Shown one piece after another: positions 54,601-63,950 of a stretch of 64,000 nucleotides of DNA (positions are counted from its first letter, which is position 1; every line of letters starts with the position of its first letter). The stretch is taken from IMG/VR virus record IMGVR_UViG_3300012827_000001, positions 1 to 64,000 of that record, one strand, 5' to 3'. A model generated the notes under the pieces. It saw only the letters and a program-made list of their open reading frames with translations, had not been told where the DNA came from and ran no database searches. The position numbers were made by a program, and so were the translations under genes. This DNA is from a virus (taxonomy: Duplodnaviria > Caudoviricetes).

Positions 54601-57095
54601 CGGCAGACACCGCGGAGGGCATGCGCGAGGCCGCAGCCCAGGCGCGGAACGTCGCTTCCGAACTTCGCAACATGGGCACCAGCGGGCTGCAGACTGGTGA
54701 CGTCGCCGGGCTGCTGCCTGCACTCATCAATCAGTTCACCGAGCGGACGTCCATCGCTGAGGCCGACCGCCTTGCGGACTTCAACTCGCGCCGCGCGGAC
54801 GCGCTGGAGCAGGCTCAGGCATTGGCCACGGCTCCCGCCAGCCGGTTCTTCCAGGGCGACTTCTCGGCTGAGGGTCTGGCCTCTGGACTGGAGCGGATGA
54901 CGGAGGCCGGGCTCTCTGCTCAGCAGCAGATCGATGCGCTCAGCGGAGTGTTCGAGGCGGTTGCCACGAACGCGTCTCTCGCTCGTGACGTTGTTGCTGT
55001 CATTGGCCCCGATCAGCGGGACTATTTCACGCAGCGAGTTGCTGTCGCGGCGTCGACAGGACTGGAGCAGGCGGGTCAGGCGACTGAAGACTGGCGCGCG
55101 GGTCAGGTATGGGCGGCGCGGACGGATCGCCTGGGAAATGTCAGCATTCCGGGCTACATCCAAGGCCTGTTTGAGGGCAAGGAGTTCGAGCGCTCGCGCA
55201 ACGAGTTCAGCCTGACGACGGAGGATCAGGAGAGGCTCAATCAGTTCCTTACGGAGCGCGTTGGCGCCGACCTGCAGTCATTCCTCGATGATGGCGTTGT
55301 CGACGACTACGAGTCGTCGCAGATTGTCTCGCGGGCGCTCGGGTCTGTGGGCGACGTTGCCGACATGTCCAAGGTTGACCCGACGTCGAAGAAGGCGCTC
55401 GAAACCTTCATCGCGTCAAACATTCGGAACCTGCTGCGGGAGTTCTCGCCGGAGGTCATTGCGCAGGACGTCGGCGGCCTTCTGGAACTGTCGACGGGCC
55501 TCATCGATCAGGAGGCCGAGACGCGGGGGGCGCTCGGCGGATCCAAATCGGGCGTCGCCAACTATCGGCTTGGTGAGCTTCGCGCGCTGCGACAGCGGGC
55601 TGTTGCTGCTGCGAATGGGAAGGATGGCGGCCTCACTGAGCAGGATGTTGCTGAGATCCGAAAATTCGACGTTCTCATCGCCCAGGCGACTACCGCTGCT
55701 GTGGACGCTCGCCTGCAGGATGCGGAGCGTCTGGCGAACCTGCAGATTGCCCGACTCTCCCCGGGTGACGTCAGCAGCCGGCTGGCGATCCAGCGAGGGC
55801 TGGTGGAGCAGCAGCTGGCGGCGGCGGACCAGCAGATCGCGACGGCTACTCGTGCGGCAGCGGCGGAGGCTTCTTCTGGTGGCACGTGGACGCCGGTCGA
55901 CACGTCTGCGCGCACGGAGGCGTTGACTGCACGCGCGAACCTGGAGCGCGAGGAGCAGGCGAACACCCTCGCGATCCGGCAGGGGCAGCGCACCACGAGT
56001 GTGGGCGCGAACAACGCCCTCGGGCAGTCGGCCGTGGCCATCGACAACGCCCGTGACGCGCTCTCGCAGGAGACAGTGGGGGAGGCGTCGTACTACTCGG
56101 CTCTCGCGTCGTATCGCCAGGCTCAGTTCTCGTACAGCCAGGCGCTGGTGCAGAACCAGAACGCTGCTGCGCTGTCTCGGGTGGACCCGCGTGACACGAT
56201 CGCGCGCCTGCAGACACAGGTGGCGAACGCCCGGCGCGAGGCCCGCCTGGTGCCCGCGAACCAGCGCGGCGCCCTCATGGACCAGATCAACCAGCTCAAC
56301 CAGCAGATCGCTGAGGCGGCGGTTTCGCAGGCGAACGCGGCCGATAGCGCGAACATCGCCGGCAACCGGTCCCAGCTGGCTCAGGCAGAGGTCGCGATCA
56401 GGAGCGCTCACCGAAACCTGGGGATCCAGCTTCCGGGCACGGAGGCCTACTACTCCGCGCTGGCGTCGCTGCGCTCGGCTCAGGCCGAGCTCGCCCAGGC
56501 TGAACTGACTCAGCAGGACCGGCTGCGGCGACTGGGCTCGGATCTGACGGATCCAGTGGCGCAGGCCCGCCTGGCCGTGCAGCAGGCGCGTGCTCAGCTC
56601 GCCGCCGACCAGGCGTCGGGGCAGGGCTCGGATGTCATCGCCCAGTCCCAGCTGGACCTGCGGAGCGCGCAGAACCAGGAGGAGGCTGCGGCGTTCAGCC
56701 AGCGCATCTCCGACCTGCAGACGGCGGAGGACTTGGGGCGCATCTCGCACTCGGCGTACATGTCGTATCTGCAGTCGGAGCACGATCGACTGACCGCGAT
56801 TGGGGCCCGGACCCGCCAGCAGCAGGAGCAGCTGGATCAGGTCGACAAGCTGATGAAGTCCGCGGCGGAGCAGCTCCAGGGGCAGTTCAACATCGGCGAC
56901 ATCGATCTGCCGACCGTGTACGAGGTGCGGCGCGCCATCGGGTCGAACGCTGCGACCCAGGTGTCTGACTACTCGAACTCGAACAATGTCGTGAACGTGA
57001 ACGGTGCGGATTTCGGGGCGGTCGTTCAGTGGCTCACCCAGTACCTGGGGACGGGCGCACAGGTTGTCACAGCGGCTACCCCTAGGAGGGTGTGA
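51666..57095 (+). CDS. Tape measure protein
   Basis: 1809 aa, Ala/Gln-rich, helical; AYEDALTNLNLV TMP core. Confidence 0.93.
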   Translation: MAEAEDVYKVGIEYQGGAAVNSFGTDMDKVQLSVQEMLAGLGNLGVDQNLLRRNAQRAVNTLNTELNRAMASAQNHGGAQLPANLGSRFAMAAGIPERNNRQFATMASAAERYAQSIIRAATTTTNAFGQRTQMDPLRPFREGIVQADLQTGRLSRSISELQAKQVALSRVRTPLEKDVNTLSRANLQPETKQILARSWSASVAPEIARVTPPRPAPQLDSDAFRLDVARALAAPRSDAERAMGATWPRQRAQDVAGSFGFENTQQLNAFARANQDVVVAAREEVRARQAAIAALHAEQRARATVQPGRYYQGGGRTGAAWDFSLDPSAADRQNFAFGSYQANMPASLRATSQAIREGQRLALDDFSKSLPRGESVRLGSASAGRMQQAYAFGSYRENIEYSRLLRQAGADTPVLNGLVRSGDSVRLGSTRAARMEQQYNYGGYRENIAAARAARRVPFRESFMTGWGSSDEKPFGQMVGQTARISLFYGVAYRALSTLQQVLSETVTETLAYEDALTNLNLVTNRSRESSAALASTLTDIAASAGFTSSQGVELGARAVGLYGVASADAATQERAIEVSAQVATRMARVSGGDPIATQTQLAGALRSLGWGIERLPELEDTISYLSRQTGQSPAELLGAFSNVQTLASQGGFTPQQTAAILAQVATTTGQNPEATAGQFRQLFSRGADTIAPRASEITGVDMTGMDLQQIFATVSQLNLSANQLNQFASLFGKGGSQQVATILTQQYGAVQGLVTGAEGAQGFGQDAFDRVMESIGNRLRVLGSTAAEFSVNLVETGILDWFALVVVAAQNLVDIGNNVLELFNSLPRPLRAVALALGEVYAAALIAQRMGWTTAGAHAAEGLARPWTRAATRVLAAPGQIWRGLNEPMTRAGAVQLRGQIGEALRGVLAAGGPLKLPAGQVQSGVLGRVPGLGRLTGLGTLGAVGLAAAGVYGVGTAIGNTMRGDTLVQEARNASLAADTAEGMREAAAQARNVASELRNMGTSGLQTGDVAGLLPALINQFTERTSIAEADRLADFNSRRADALEQAQALATAPASRFFQGDFSAEGLASGLERMTEAGLSAQQQIDALSGVFEAVATNASLARDVVAVIGPDQRDYFTQRVAVAASTGLEQAGQATEDWRAGQVWAARTDRLGNVSIPGYIQGLFEGKEFERSRNEFSLTTEDQERLNQFLTERVGADLQSFLDDGVVDDYESSQIVSRALGSVGDVADMSKVDPTSKKALETFIASNIRNLLREFSPEVIAQDVGGLLELSTGLIDQEAETRGALGGSKSGVANYRLGELRALRQRAVAAANGKDGGLTEQDVAEIRKFDVLIAQATTAAVDARLQDAERLANLQIARLSPGDVSSRLAIQRGLVEQQLAAADQQIATATRAAAAEASSGGTWTPVDTSARTEALTARANLEREEQANTLAIRQGQRTTSVGANNALGQSAVAIDNARDALSQETVGEASYYSALASYRQAQFSYSQALVQNQNAAALSRVDPRDTIARLQTQVANARREARLVPANQRGALMDQINQLNQQIAEAAVSQANAADSANIAGNRSQLAQAEVAIRSAHRNLGIQLPGTEAYYSALASLRSAQAELAQAELTQQDRLRRLGSDLTDPVAQARLAVQQARAQLAADQASGQGSDVIAQSQLDLRSAQNQEEAAAFSQRISDLQTAEDLGRISHSAYMSYLQSEHDRLTAIGARTRQQQEQLDQVDKLMKSAAEQLQGQFNIGDIDLPTVYEVRRAIGSNAATQVSDYSNSNNVVNVNGADFGAVVQWLTQYLGTGAQVVTAATPRRV
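53285..53306. promoter_or_regulatory. Intragenic degenerate palindrome copy
   Basis: CATTGCTGC TAGC GCAGGTTTC. Confidence 0.5.
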
Positions 57096-57517
57096 TGGCG
57101 GTTCTTCGTTGGAGACTGCAGGACCCGGCCAACCCGGGGGACGAGTACACCTTCCCCATCAGCCCGAATCGTATGTCGTCTCCGTTCCCGCAGCGCCTCG
57201 TGACCACCAAGGGGACGACAGCAGTGGATGGTCAGGTTCTGTTGTGGGAGGGGGCCACAGAGCCGACGAACTGGGAGTTCGGTGGCGCCATCTTGAACGC
57301 TGCGCACTATGAGGCGTTGCGGTCTTGGGTGTACGACAAGCCTGGCCGGATGTTCTTGTGGGACCACTTCGGCCGGCGGTACGACCTGGTGTTCAAGGAG
57401 TTCAAGCCGGAGGCGGAGAGGATGAAGGTGGGCCGTTACTGGTACCACGGCTACACGATCACTGCCTTGGTGGTGTCCATCTCTGCACCCACCATTGGCG
57501 ATGGAGGCCCTGCCTGA
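57092..57517 (+). CDS. Distal tail (Dit-like) protein
   Basis: Directly after the TMP; YTFPISPN pattern. Confidence 0.6.
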   Translation: MMAVLRWRLQDPANPGDEYTFPISPNRMSSPFPQRLVTTKGTTAVDGQVLLWEGATEPTNWEFGGAILNAAHYEALRSWVYDKPGRMFLWDHFGRRYDLVFKEFKPEAERMKVGRYWYHGYTITALVVSISAPTIGDGGPA

Positions 57518-59805
57518 TGCGTGATGACCTGCCTGACGGCATGGAGGCCATCTGGCGCTCCGGTAGCTACGTGGGCAAGAATCGCCGGGCGTTCGCGCGC
57601 GTGACCGTGCAGCACCCGCAGATGAGGTTGGAGACGTACGGGCTTCAGTCGACGTTCCGGCGCGTCCCGACCGTCTCCACGGGCGCGGCTTCGTTCAATC
57701 CTTACCCGACGGGCATTGATCCCACCCGCGGGGAGTCGGTGACGAACCAGTACGCGGACTACTTGTTCACCTCTCCCGAGCCGCCGAAGGAGTTGCCGAA
57801 CGTGGCGTCTGTCCAGTGGACAAGGTCCACGGACATCGACGCCGCAACGGCGACGATCACATTCTGGAACACGGCTCCGCTGCCGCTGGGTGAACTGCCC
57901 TTGGGCAAGGAGCTTGACCGCCCGGGTTGGTACACCGCGAACCGCGGCACCACATCGTTCTCGTCACGCTGGAACCACCTGCCGAACGAGTGGCAGAACA
58001 TGCTCATGCCTGACAACATCCTTCGTACGTACGAGGGGTATGGCTATGACGAAGAGGTTCCCCCGGAGCAGGACCCCCACCTGGTGCTGACGGGTGTCTG
58101 GATGATCGACGAGGTGCGACTGGATGCTTTTGGCCAGCTGATCTGCATCTGCCGCGACACGATGCGTCTCCTGCTGGACCACCAGCACTTCATCCCGGTC
58201 GTTCCCGAGGACTTCTACCCGGCCACGTTCCGGGACTGGTCGCAGAAGGTGACGGTCCAGAGCAAGCGCAACATCGTCATCGAGTCGAACAACGTGGAAC
58301 GCCTCGGCGTCACCCCCACGGGTTCCGGCAACGACCGGTGGCCGGAGTCGGCGTACACGGGGGCCCGCGTGTACGGGCACAGCCACATGCATGCTTTCGA
58401 CGGCGATCCGGGGACGTACTGGCTGTCCGTGGGCAACGCGACGCCGACTTACCGCAGCTCGTACGAGTACATCGAGTTCAACGCGAACGGCGCTGCACTC
58501 AGCCAGGTGAGGCTGCAGACGGTCGGCGCGGGGTACAACGCCTACATCTGCGTGGAGGTGGATGGTGTCGGCTGGATGCCGGGCCCCATCCTCGGGTACC
58601 ACCGCGACGGGCGTGGCCGCTACGACGAGGGCATGCCGTACATCCAGATGATCGGGATCGGCTCCGAGGGTGAGCATGCGTTCAACTTTGACAACCCGAT
58701 CCGCGGGGTGCGTCGCGTTCGCATCTGGTTCAACAACGTCCAGCACTTCCGGCTGCCTGGCGCACCGTACCGCGCGGCCGTCCGGGAGCTGAGTGCATGG
58801 GGCCCGGTGCACCGTCGTGAGGTGCGTGAGGTCATCGACGTGAACCAGGTGAACCTCAAGGAGGGACCGGCGGGGTCCAACCCGGGGATGTGCCAGGACT
58901 TCACGGACATCATCAAGCTGTTCTGCGCGTGGGCAGGCCTGTACTGGCCCATGTCCGCATACACGCGTCACAGCGACGGCTCGAAGGTGTTCGTCCCGCC
59001 CGGAGCGCCAGACTTTGCTGTGCTTGGCGAGGGTGTGATGGGCCGAGTGTGGGGGGACTTCCTTGCCACGGGGACGGCGCCTCCGAACGAGATCTTGGCC
59101 AGTGCATTCGACAAGAAGTCTCTGGCTGACGGCGTCCGGTATATCGCTGACATCGTCGGCTTCCTGGCGTACGTGGACGAGACGGGCGCTTTCCAGTGGC
59201 GTTTGCCGAACGTCTGGACGCTGGGTAACTGGATCGGGGGGATGTCCGCAAACCCGGGGCGCACCAATCGCATCCTGACGATCGATGAGCGGCAGGTTCT
59301 CATGGGCCTTGACGCGACCGTGCAGTCGCGCAATGTTCGTGAGGGCGTCTTCGTTGGGAATGCTGCGGGTAAGTTGGCGGCTCTGGTTGGCGGGTACAAC
59401 CCGAATCCGACGGGCTTGCGTCGCATCAGTGGCTTCACTGACCAGAACTTCTCTTCGGTCGCCGAGGCCAAGGTCATGGCAGACCTGATCGCCGTGCGCC
59501 AGCTCTTCCGTTATCGCGAAGATGTCGTGAAGATTCCCGCTTTCCCGGGCATTCAGGTCGACGATCAGGTGCGCATCTATGAGCGAGTCACCTCTGAGGG
59601 ATTTGTTCACTACGTCACCGGCATCTCGTCCAGCAACGATCTGACAACCGGGCAGTGGACGTACGATCTGCAGACGCACTGGCTGGGTGATGACCCCAAG
59701 GGGAAGTGGGTTGTTGACAAGTCCACCCTGAACAGCACCACCATCTCCTACGTCGATGCCTTGGAGCGAGGAGCCGTCACGGCTCGCGGAGTGACTGGGG
59801 TGTGA
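57517..59805 (+). CDS. Baseplate hub/Tal-like minor tail protein with inserted discoidin (F5/8 type C)-like domain
   Basis: Position; HAFDGDPGTYWLS signature. Confidence 0.7.
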   Translation: MRDDLPDGMEAIWRSGSYVGKNRRAFARVTVQHPQMRLETYGLQSTFRRVPTVSTGAASFNPYPTGIDPTRGESVTNQYADYLFTSPEPPKELPNVASVQWTRSTDIDAATATITFWNTAPLPLGELPLGKELDRPGWYTANRGTTSFSSRWNHLPNEWQNMLMPDNILRTYEGYGYDEEVPPEQDPHLVLTGVWMIDEVRLDAFGQLICICRDTMRLLLDHQHFIPVVPEDFYPATFRDWSQKVTVQSKRNIVIESNNVERLGVTPTGSGNDRWPESAYTGARVYGHSHMHAFDGDPGTYWLSVGNATPTYRSSYEYIEFNANGAALSQVRLQTVGAGYNAYICVEVDGVGWMPGPILGYHRDGRGRYDEGMPYIQMIGIGSEGEHAFNFDNPIRGVRRVRIWFNNVQHFRLPGAPYRAAVRELSAWGPVHRREVREVIDVNQVNLKEGPAGSNPGMCQDFTDIIKLFCAWAGLYWPMSAYTRHSDGSKVFVPPGAPDFAVLGEGVMGRVWGDFLATGTAPPNEILASAFDKKSLADGVRYIADIVGFLAYVDETGAFQWRLPNVWTLGNWIGGMSANPGRTNRILTIDERQVLMGLDATVQSRNVREGVFVGNAAGKLAALVGGYNPNPTGLRRISGFTDQNFSSVAEAKVMADLIAVRQLFRYREDVVKIPAFPGIQVDDQVRIYERVTSEGFVHYVTGISSSNDLTTGQWTYDLQTHWLGDDPKGKWVVDKSTLNSTTISYVDALERGAVTARGVTGV

Positions 59806-60260
59806 CTGGGATGGGTGGGTTCTTCGAAGTCGTGCGGGCGCAGGACGCGACCGCACAGGCGCGTGCCACCCAGGCTGAGAACTCGGCTCGTTGGGGGGTC
59901 TCCCAGCACGTCCTGGACACTCGCGGATCGACCTCTGTCAGGCGACAGCAGCCGATCATGTTCGAGACTCCGTTCTTGAGCCCGCCGTTCGTGTCGACCG
60001 GCGCCGTCATCAAGAAGGACTTCTCGCCCGAGGTGGCGTGGGTTCCGGAGACGAACGCCGGGGTGTGGCAGTGGCATCGCAACACTCGTGGCCACTACAC
60101 GGGCGCGTACGTCTTCCTGATGGTCAAGACGCCGCAGGTGCAGGCTGAGATCGAGCATCACTTCACGTTCTCTGGTGTGGCCTACAAGGATCTGGGTGAG
60201 CAGGTCTCAACTGACGCCCAGCTCTTGCAGTCGCGCCCCGTCGGCTTTGGAGGCGCATGA
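59802..60260 (+). CDS. Minor tail protein
   Basis: Coupled; position. Confidence 0.6.
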   Translation: MTGMGGFFEVVRAQDATAQARATQAENSARWGVSQHVLDTRGSTSVRRQQPIMFETPFLSPPFVSTGAVIKKDFSPEVAWVPETNAGVWQWHRNTRGHYTGAYVFLMVKTPQVQAEIEHHFTFSGVAYKDLGEQVSTDAQLLQSRPVGFGGA

Positions 60261-61453
60261 TGGCTGGCCGCACACCGAGGTTCCAGCTGAACTACTTCGA
60301 CGCGGGAACGCCTGGCACACCAAACGACGATGGGCAGAAGTTCTTCGGCCTTGACCGGATGGTGCTGGATCGTCTTCTTGCCGCCGTGGAGTCCCACGAT
60401 CACCGCTTCCGGCCGCCGGCGTTGGTCCCTGACGGGGCGCTGGTGCCGACGCTCAACGCCGGCGGGGGCGGCCTGCAGGGTGGCTACACGTACCACTACC
60501 GTTACGCGGTGGTGGACGCTCAGGGCAACGAGTCGATCGCCAGCCCCGAGACGGTTGTCGTGACGCCCGCCCTGCTTCCCAGGCCGCCTGCGCCGAGCGC
60601 CTACCACGACGAGGAGGCTGCGGCCGGCTCACTGTCCGCGGGCCTCTACTACTACGCGCTGACGGCCATCCGTGGCTCTGAGGAGACCCCGCTCGGCCCG
60701 ACGGTGATGGTTCAGCTTGTCGGGGCAGAGGATTCCGTCACGCTGGATCTCCCGCCGTTCGGCGATGCGGATTCGGTCCGTGTGTGGCGCATGGGTTCGA
60801 CTGAGCCGGGCTACACCAAGCTCGGCGTTGTCGCGAGCGACGTCGAGACGTTCTTCGACGACGGGAGCACTCCGGCCGACCCGTGCTCGTGCGATCCGGG
60901 CAACATGCCGCCGTCCAGCAACACGGGGATCTCTGCATACTCGGTGGACCTGGAGCTCCCCGGCGGCGTCGACCTGTCGGACTCTCAGGGGTGGCGGCTG
61001 TACCGCAGCATGACACCGGGGGTGTACCCGTCTGCTTCGCTGGTCCACTTCGTCGTGGAGCGCGAGGAGGAGTGGGACGACGACTCACCACTGCTGCGCA
61101 CCTGGACTGACATCGGCGGGTCGCTCGCCTCCGGCAAGCCCCTGACCACGGACGTCAACATGCGGTTCCAGCCGCTTGCGTTCGACACGGTTGGGGAGCT
61201 CCCGGATCCGGCCCCGTACCCGAGCGGGTATCCGATTGTCGCGGACGGGACGATGTATGTCCGGGTAGATGGGCAGTGGGAGGCCCTGGCTGGCGGCGGC
61301 GGTGGTGGCGGCATGAGCAGCGTCTTCACCTCGCCCAGTGGGTACCGGTTCATCTTGTCTGTTGACGACATGGGTGCCTTGGTGACGACACCGACCGACT
61401 TCCCTGGGCCGCCTCCGCAGCCCACGTCCTTTGGCCTGGATGGAGGCGAGTGA
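60257..61453 (+). CDS. Minor tail protein with Ig/FN3-like repeats
   Basis: YHYRYAVVDAQGNES.AS and YYYALTAIRGSEET.LG repeats. Confidence 0.65.
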   Translation: MMAGRTPRFQLNYFDAGTPGTPNDDGQKFFGLDRMVLDRLLAAVESHDHRFRPPALVPDGALVPTLNAGGGGLQGGYTYHYRYAVVDAQGNESIASPETVVVTPALLPRPPAPSAYHDEEAAAGSLSAGLYYYALTAIRGSEETPLGPTVMVQLVGAEDSVTLDLPPFGDADSVRVWRMGSTEPGYTKLGVVASDVETFFDDGSTPADPCSCDPGNMPPSSNTGISAYSVDLELPGGVDLSDSQGWRLYRSMTPGVYPSASLVHFVVEREEEWDDDSPLLRTWTDIGGSLASGKPLTTDVNMRFQPLAFDTVGELPDPAPYPSGYPIVADGTMYVRVDGQWEALAGGGGGGGMSSVFTSPSGYRFILSVDDMGALVTTPTDFPGPPPQPTSFGLDGGE

Positions 61454-62439
61454 TGGCTGTCCTCTGGCGGATCTCATTTGAGGATGCGGTGACTGACGGG
61501 GGTCGCCTTGTCAGTGCCCCCATTGCGGAGTCCGGTGGCGCCGAGATGGTGGTAGAGCCGTTCGCCGATGAGGCACCGTGGAACACGACGTTCAATGTCG
61601 CACCGCTGATCTCTGAGCCCGCCCCGGGGGTGTTCGTCGCCTCCCTCAATCACGGCACCCGGTTCAGGAGCGATGTAGACCTGAGCGTTCCCGACGTAGG
61701 TTCCATGACTGTCGTTGTCGGGTTCCCGGAGGGGTGGAACAGCGTCCCGTCAGAGTGGGACTACGATGTCCCGATCGTAGAGGTGGCCAATGCCTCGGTG
61801 AAGGCTATTAGTGACGGGGGGACGGACACTCTGGGGCTCATGACAGGCGTTCCCGACGGTTCAGGCAGGTATCACGACACAGGTCTGCCGTACCCGGTTC
61901 CTGAGGACTCGTGGCATGTCATCACGGTCACGTGGGATGCATCGGTCAGTGAGCGCAGATGGTTCCTGGACGGTGTCGGGCTTGATCCTATGGATGATCC
62001 TTGGGAGGCCGGCTCGTACCTGAGCGAGGGCCTTGCTGAGATCTACTTCGGCTCGTACCTGAGCGAACACGAGACGTTGTCCGGGACGTCGTTCCCCGCG
62101 CTGCACTCCATCGAGATGCAGGATGTGGTTCTGTCGTCCCTGGAGGTGGAGGGCCTGCACTCCGCCATCTTGGGCGACCTCGACGACGTACCTGTTCCGA
62201 CGGGGGAGAACGTTCCTGCGACGACGTTGACGTGGGAGCCTGACCTTGGTCACCACGGCCTGACCGGGTGGCGCCTGCGGCTGGCCGTGGACGGGGAGGT
62301 CGAGGAGCTGCGTCTCGCGCCGGAGGTGTCGAGCTTCGACCTGGCAGCCCACTTCGGCTCTGATGGCGTGCACGGGATCGCACACCTGTATGCGGTCAAC
62401 GCCAACGGCTGGTCCACGCCAGCGGAGGCGACGTTCTGA
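61450..62439 (+). CDS. Minor tail protein, LamG/concanavalin-like plus FN3-like
   Basis: WHVITVTWD...RWFLDGV. Confidence 0.6.
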   Translation: MMAVLWRISFEDAVTDGGRLVSAPIAESGGAEMVVEPFADEAPWNTTFNVAPLISEPAPGVFVASLNHGTRFRSDVDLSVPDVGSMTVVVGFPEGWNSVPSEWDYDVPIVEVANASVKAISDGGTDTLGLMTGVPDGSGRYHDTGLPYPVPEDSWHVITVTWDASVSERRWFLDGVGLDPMDDPWEAGSYLSEGLAEIYFGSYLSEHETLSGTSFPALHSIEMQDVVLSSLEVEGLHSAILGDLDDVPVPTGENVPATTLTWEPDLGHHGLTGWRLRLAVDGEVEELRLAPEVSSFDLAAHFGSDGVHGIAHLYAVNANGWSTPAEATF

Positions 62440-62666
62440 TGGCGGTGCACCGGCCGAAGATCATGCAGCAGGCGAACCTGCCGACGTCGTCAGACTTCGG
62501 ACTGGCGTTCAAGGACGGCTTGATGTACTACCCGGATGAGTCGGAGCCGCTGCAGCCGATCACCGCATCCGCAAGTCATTCGTTCACGCCCGGTATGTGG
62601 CAGTACGAGTTCACCGGGTCGCCGAACGCCGGCGTCGCCATCAGGGGGACTTATGGCATCTCGTGA
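62439..62666 (+). CDS. Small tail-region protein
   Basis: Coupled. Confidence 0.55.
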   Translation: MAVHRPKIMQQANLPTSSDFGLAFKDGLMYYPDESEPLQPITASASHSFTPGMWQYEFTGSPNAGVAIRGTYGIS

Positions 62667-62683
62667 GAGGGAGTGCTGATCTG

Positions 62684-63058
62684 ATGGCGATTCGCTTGTC
62701 GTTGCCTACGTACAACCCGTCGAAGCCGCTTCATGTGCGCGCTGAGTGCTCGGTTAGTTTCCACGGCATATACGGGGCGCCGATGTACTTCCGCGTCCAG
62801 CCTGACGAGTTCGTCGGACGCGTGCTGATTCCGTTCCATGAGAAGATGATCCCGCCGTTTGCGGTTGGCCCTGACCGGGTGTTTTTCACCGCCGAGCTGG
62901 ACATTGAGGACCCGCGTACCTATGGAATGAATGGTGGCGAGGGCTGGTTCGCTCTCACGGGCAGCCATCCGTACTTCGTGTTCGTCCACGACGTGCAGGT
63001 GTACTACACCCCGAACGATCAGGATGGGCTTGGTCGCCAGGAGGGCTTCTACTCGTGA
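62684..63058 (+). CDS. Tail-region hypothetical protein
   Basis: GAGGGAG RBS. Confidence 0.55.
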   Translation: MAIRLSLPTYNPSKPLHVRAECSVSFHGIYGAPMYFRVQPDEFVGRVLIPFHEKMIPPFAVGPDRVFFTAELDIEDPRTYGMNGGEGWFALTGSHPYFVFVHDVQVYYTPNDQDGLGRQEGFYS

Positions 63059-63714
63059 GGACTGTCCTGCTGGTTCCTCGTCGTGCCGATGGAGGCTGGC
63101 GGGACCGGGTGTGGGCACGCCTGCGTGAGGACTTCTGGCCACAGCTGGGGGTGGCCGTCGTCGAGGGGCATCACGACGACGGCCCGTTCAACCGGGCTGC
63201 TGCGCTCAACGCCGCTGCCGGCCTAGCGGGTGAGTGGGATCTCGCGGTCGTGGCGGACGCTGACGTGGTCGTCGAGCCTGACTCAGTGCGGCGCGCGATC
63301 TCGGCGGCGGCCCAGACTGGTGGAGGCCTTGTCTTCGCTCACGACTGCTGGCTCAACCTGTCGCAGAGGGACGCCCAGGACATCCTCGACGGTGATGATC
63401 TTCGCACCGTCCTCGCTCGTGGTGGCTTCACGAGCCGGACGCCGGTCGTCAGCGGGGTCTTCGTCGTCACCCGCGGGCTGTGGGACGCCGTCGGTGGGTT
63501 CGACGAAGCCTTTGTGGGGTACGGCGGGGAGGATCACGCGTTCTACCGGGCGTGCTCGTTGGTGCAGGCGGTCCGTCACATCCCTGGCGCACTGTGGCAC
63601 GTCTGGCACCCGAGGCCCGATCAGGCAGGCCCGTGGGTGCCGCGCAACGTGGCGCGCATGGAGCAGTACGCGCGAGCGGAGACCTTGGTGGAGTTGTCAT
63701 GGCTCCGGAGTTGA
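63055..63714 (+). CDS. GT-A fold glycosyltransferase (GT2/GT7-C-like)
   Basis: PFNRAAALN, VVADADV (DxD), VGGFDEAFVGYGGED, WHVWH. Confidence 0.88.
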   Translation: MRTVLLVPRRADGGWRDRVWARLREDFWPQLGVAVVEGHHDDGPFNRAAALNAAAGLAGEWDLAVVADADVVVEPDSVRRAISAAAQTGGGLVFAHDCWLNLSQRDAQDILDGDDLRTVLARGGFTSRTPVVSGVFVVTRGLWDAVGGFDEAFVGYGGEDHAFYRACSLVQAVRHIPGALWHVWHPRPDQAGPWVPRNVARMEQYARAETLVELSWLRS

Positions 63715-63950
63715 CGCGACTCCCTGACGGGTGGCTGGTCAAGGTCGTTGACGGCTGGCAGCTCCAGGTGCGACGTCGCCGGTTGTACCGGCTTGTCGAG
63801 GTGCCGGAGGCGAACCTCATGGATCAGGGTCGCTTCTGGTGCTACACCTCGTTCGAGGCGGCTGTCCTTGCTGCCGCGGCGTGGGATGCATCCCCGGACA
63901 CTGAGCCGGTCGGCTGGCTCAGGCGTGGAGGGGCGCGACTCTACTTGTAG
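63699..63950 (+). CDS. Hypothetical protein
   Basis: Overlaps the GT stop; RFWCYTSFEAAVLA..WD..EP.GW pattern. Confidence 0.6.
   Translation: MAPELTRLPDGWLVKVVDGWQLQVRRRRLYRLVEVPEANLMDQGRFWCYTSFEAAVLAAAAWDASPDTEPVGWLRRGGARLYL

Noticed and set aside
53310-56783. Long minus-strand ORFs (617 and 455 aa)
   Set aside because: Antisense shadows of the tape measure gene, expected in high-GC DNA
57964-59856. 630-aa minus-strand ORF
   Set aside because: Antisense shadow of the baseplate gene
57092-63058. Diversity-generating retroelement acting on tail genes
   Set aside because: No reverse transcriptase motif and no template/variable repeat pair seen
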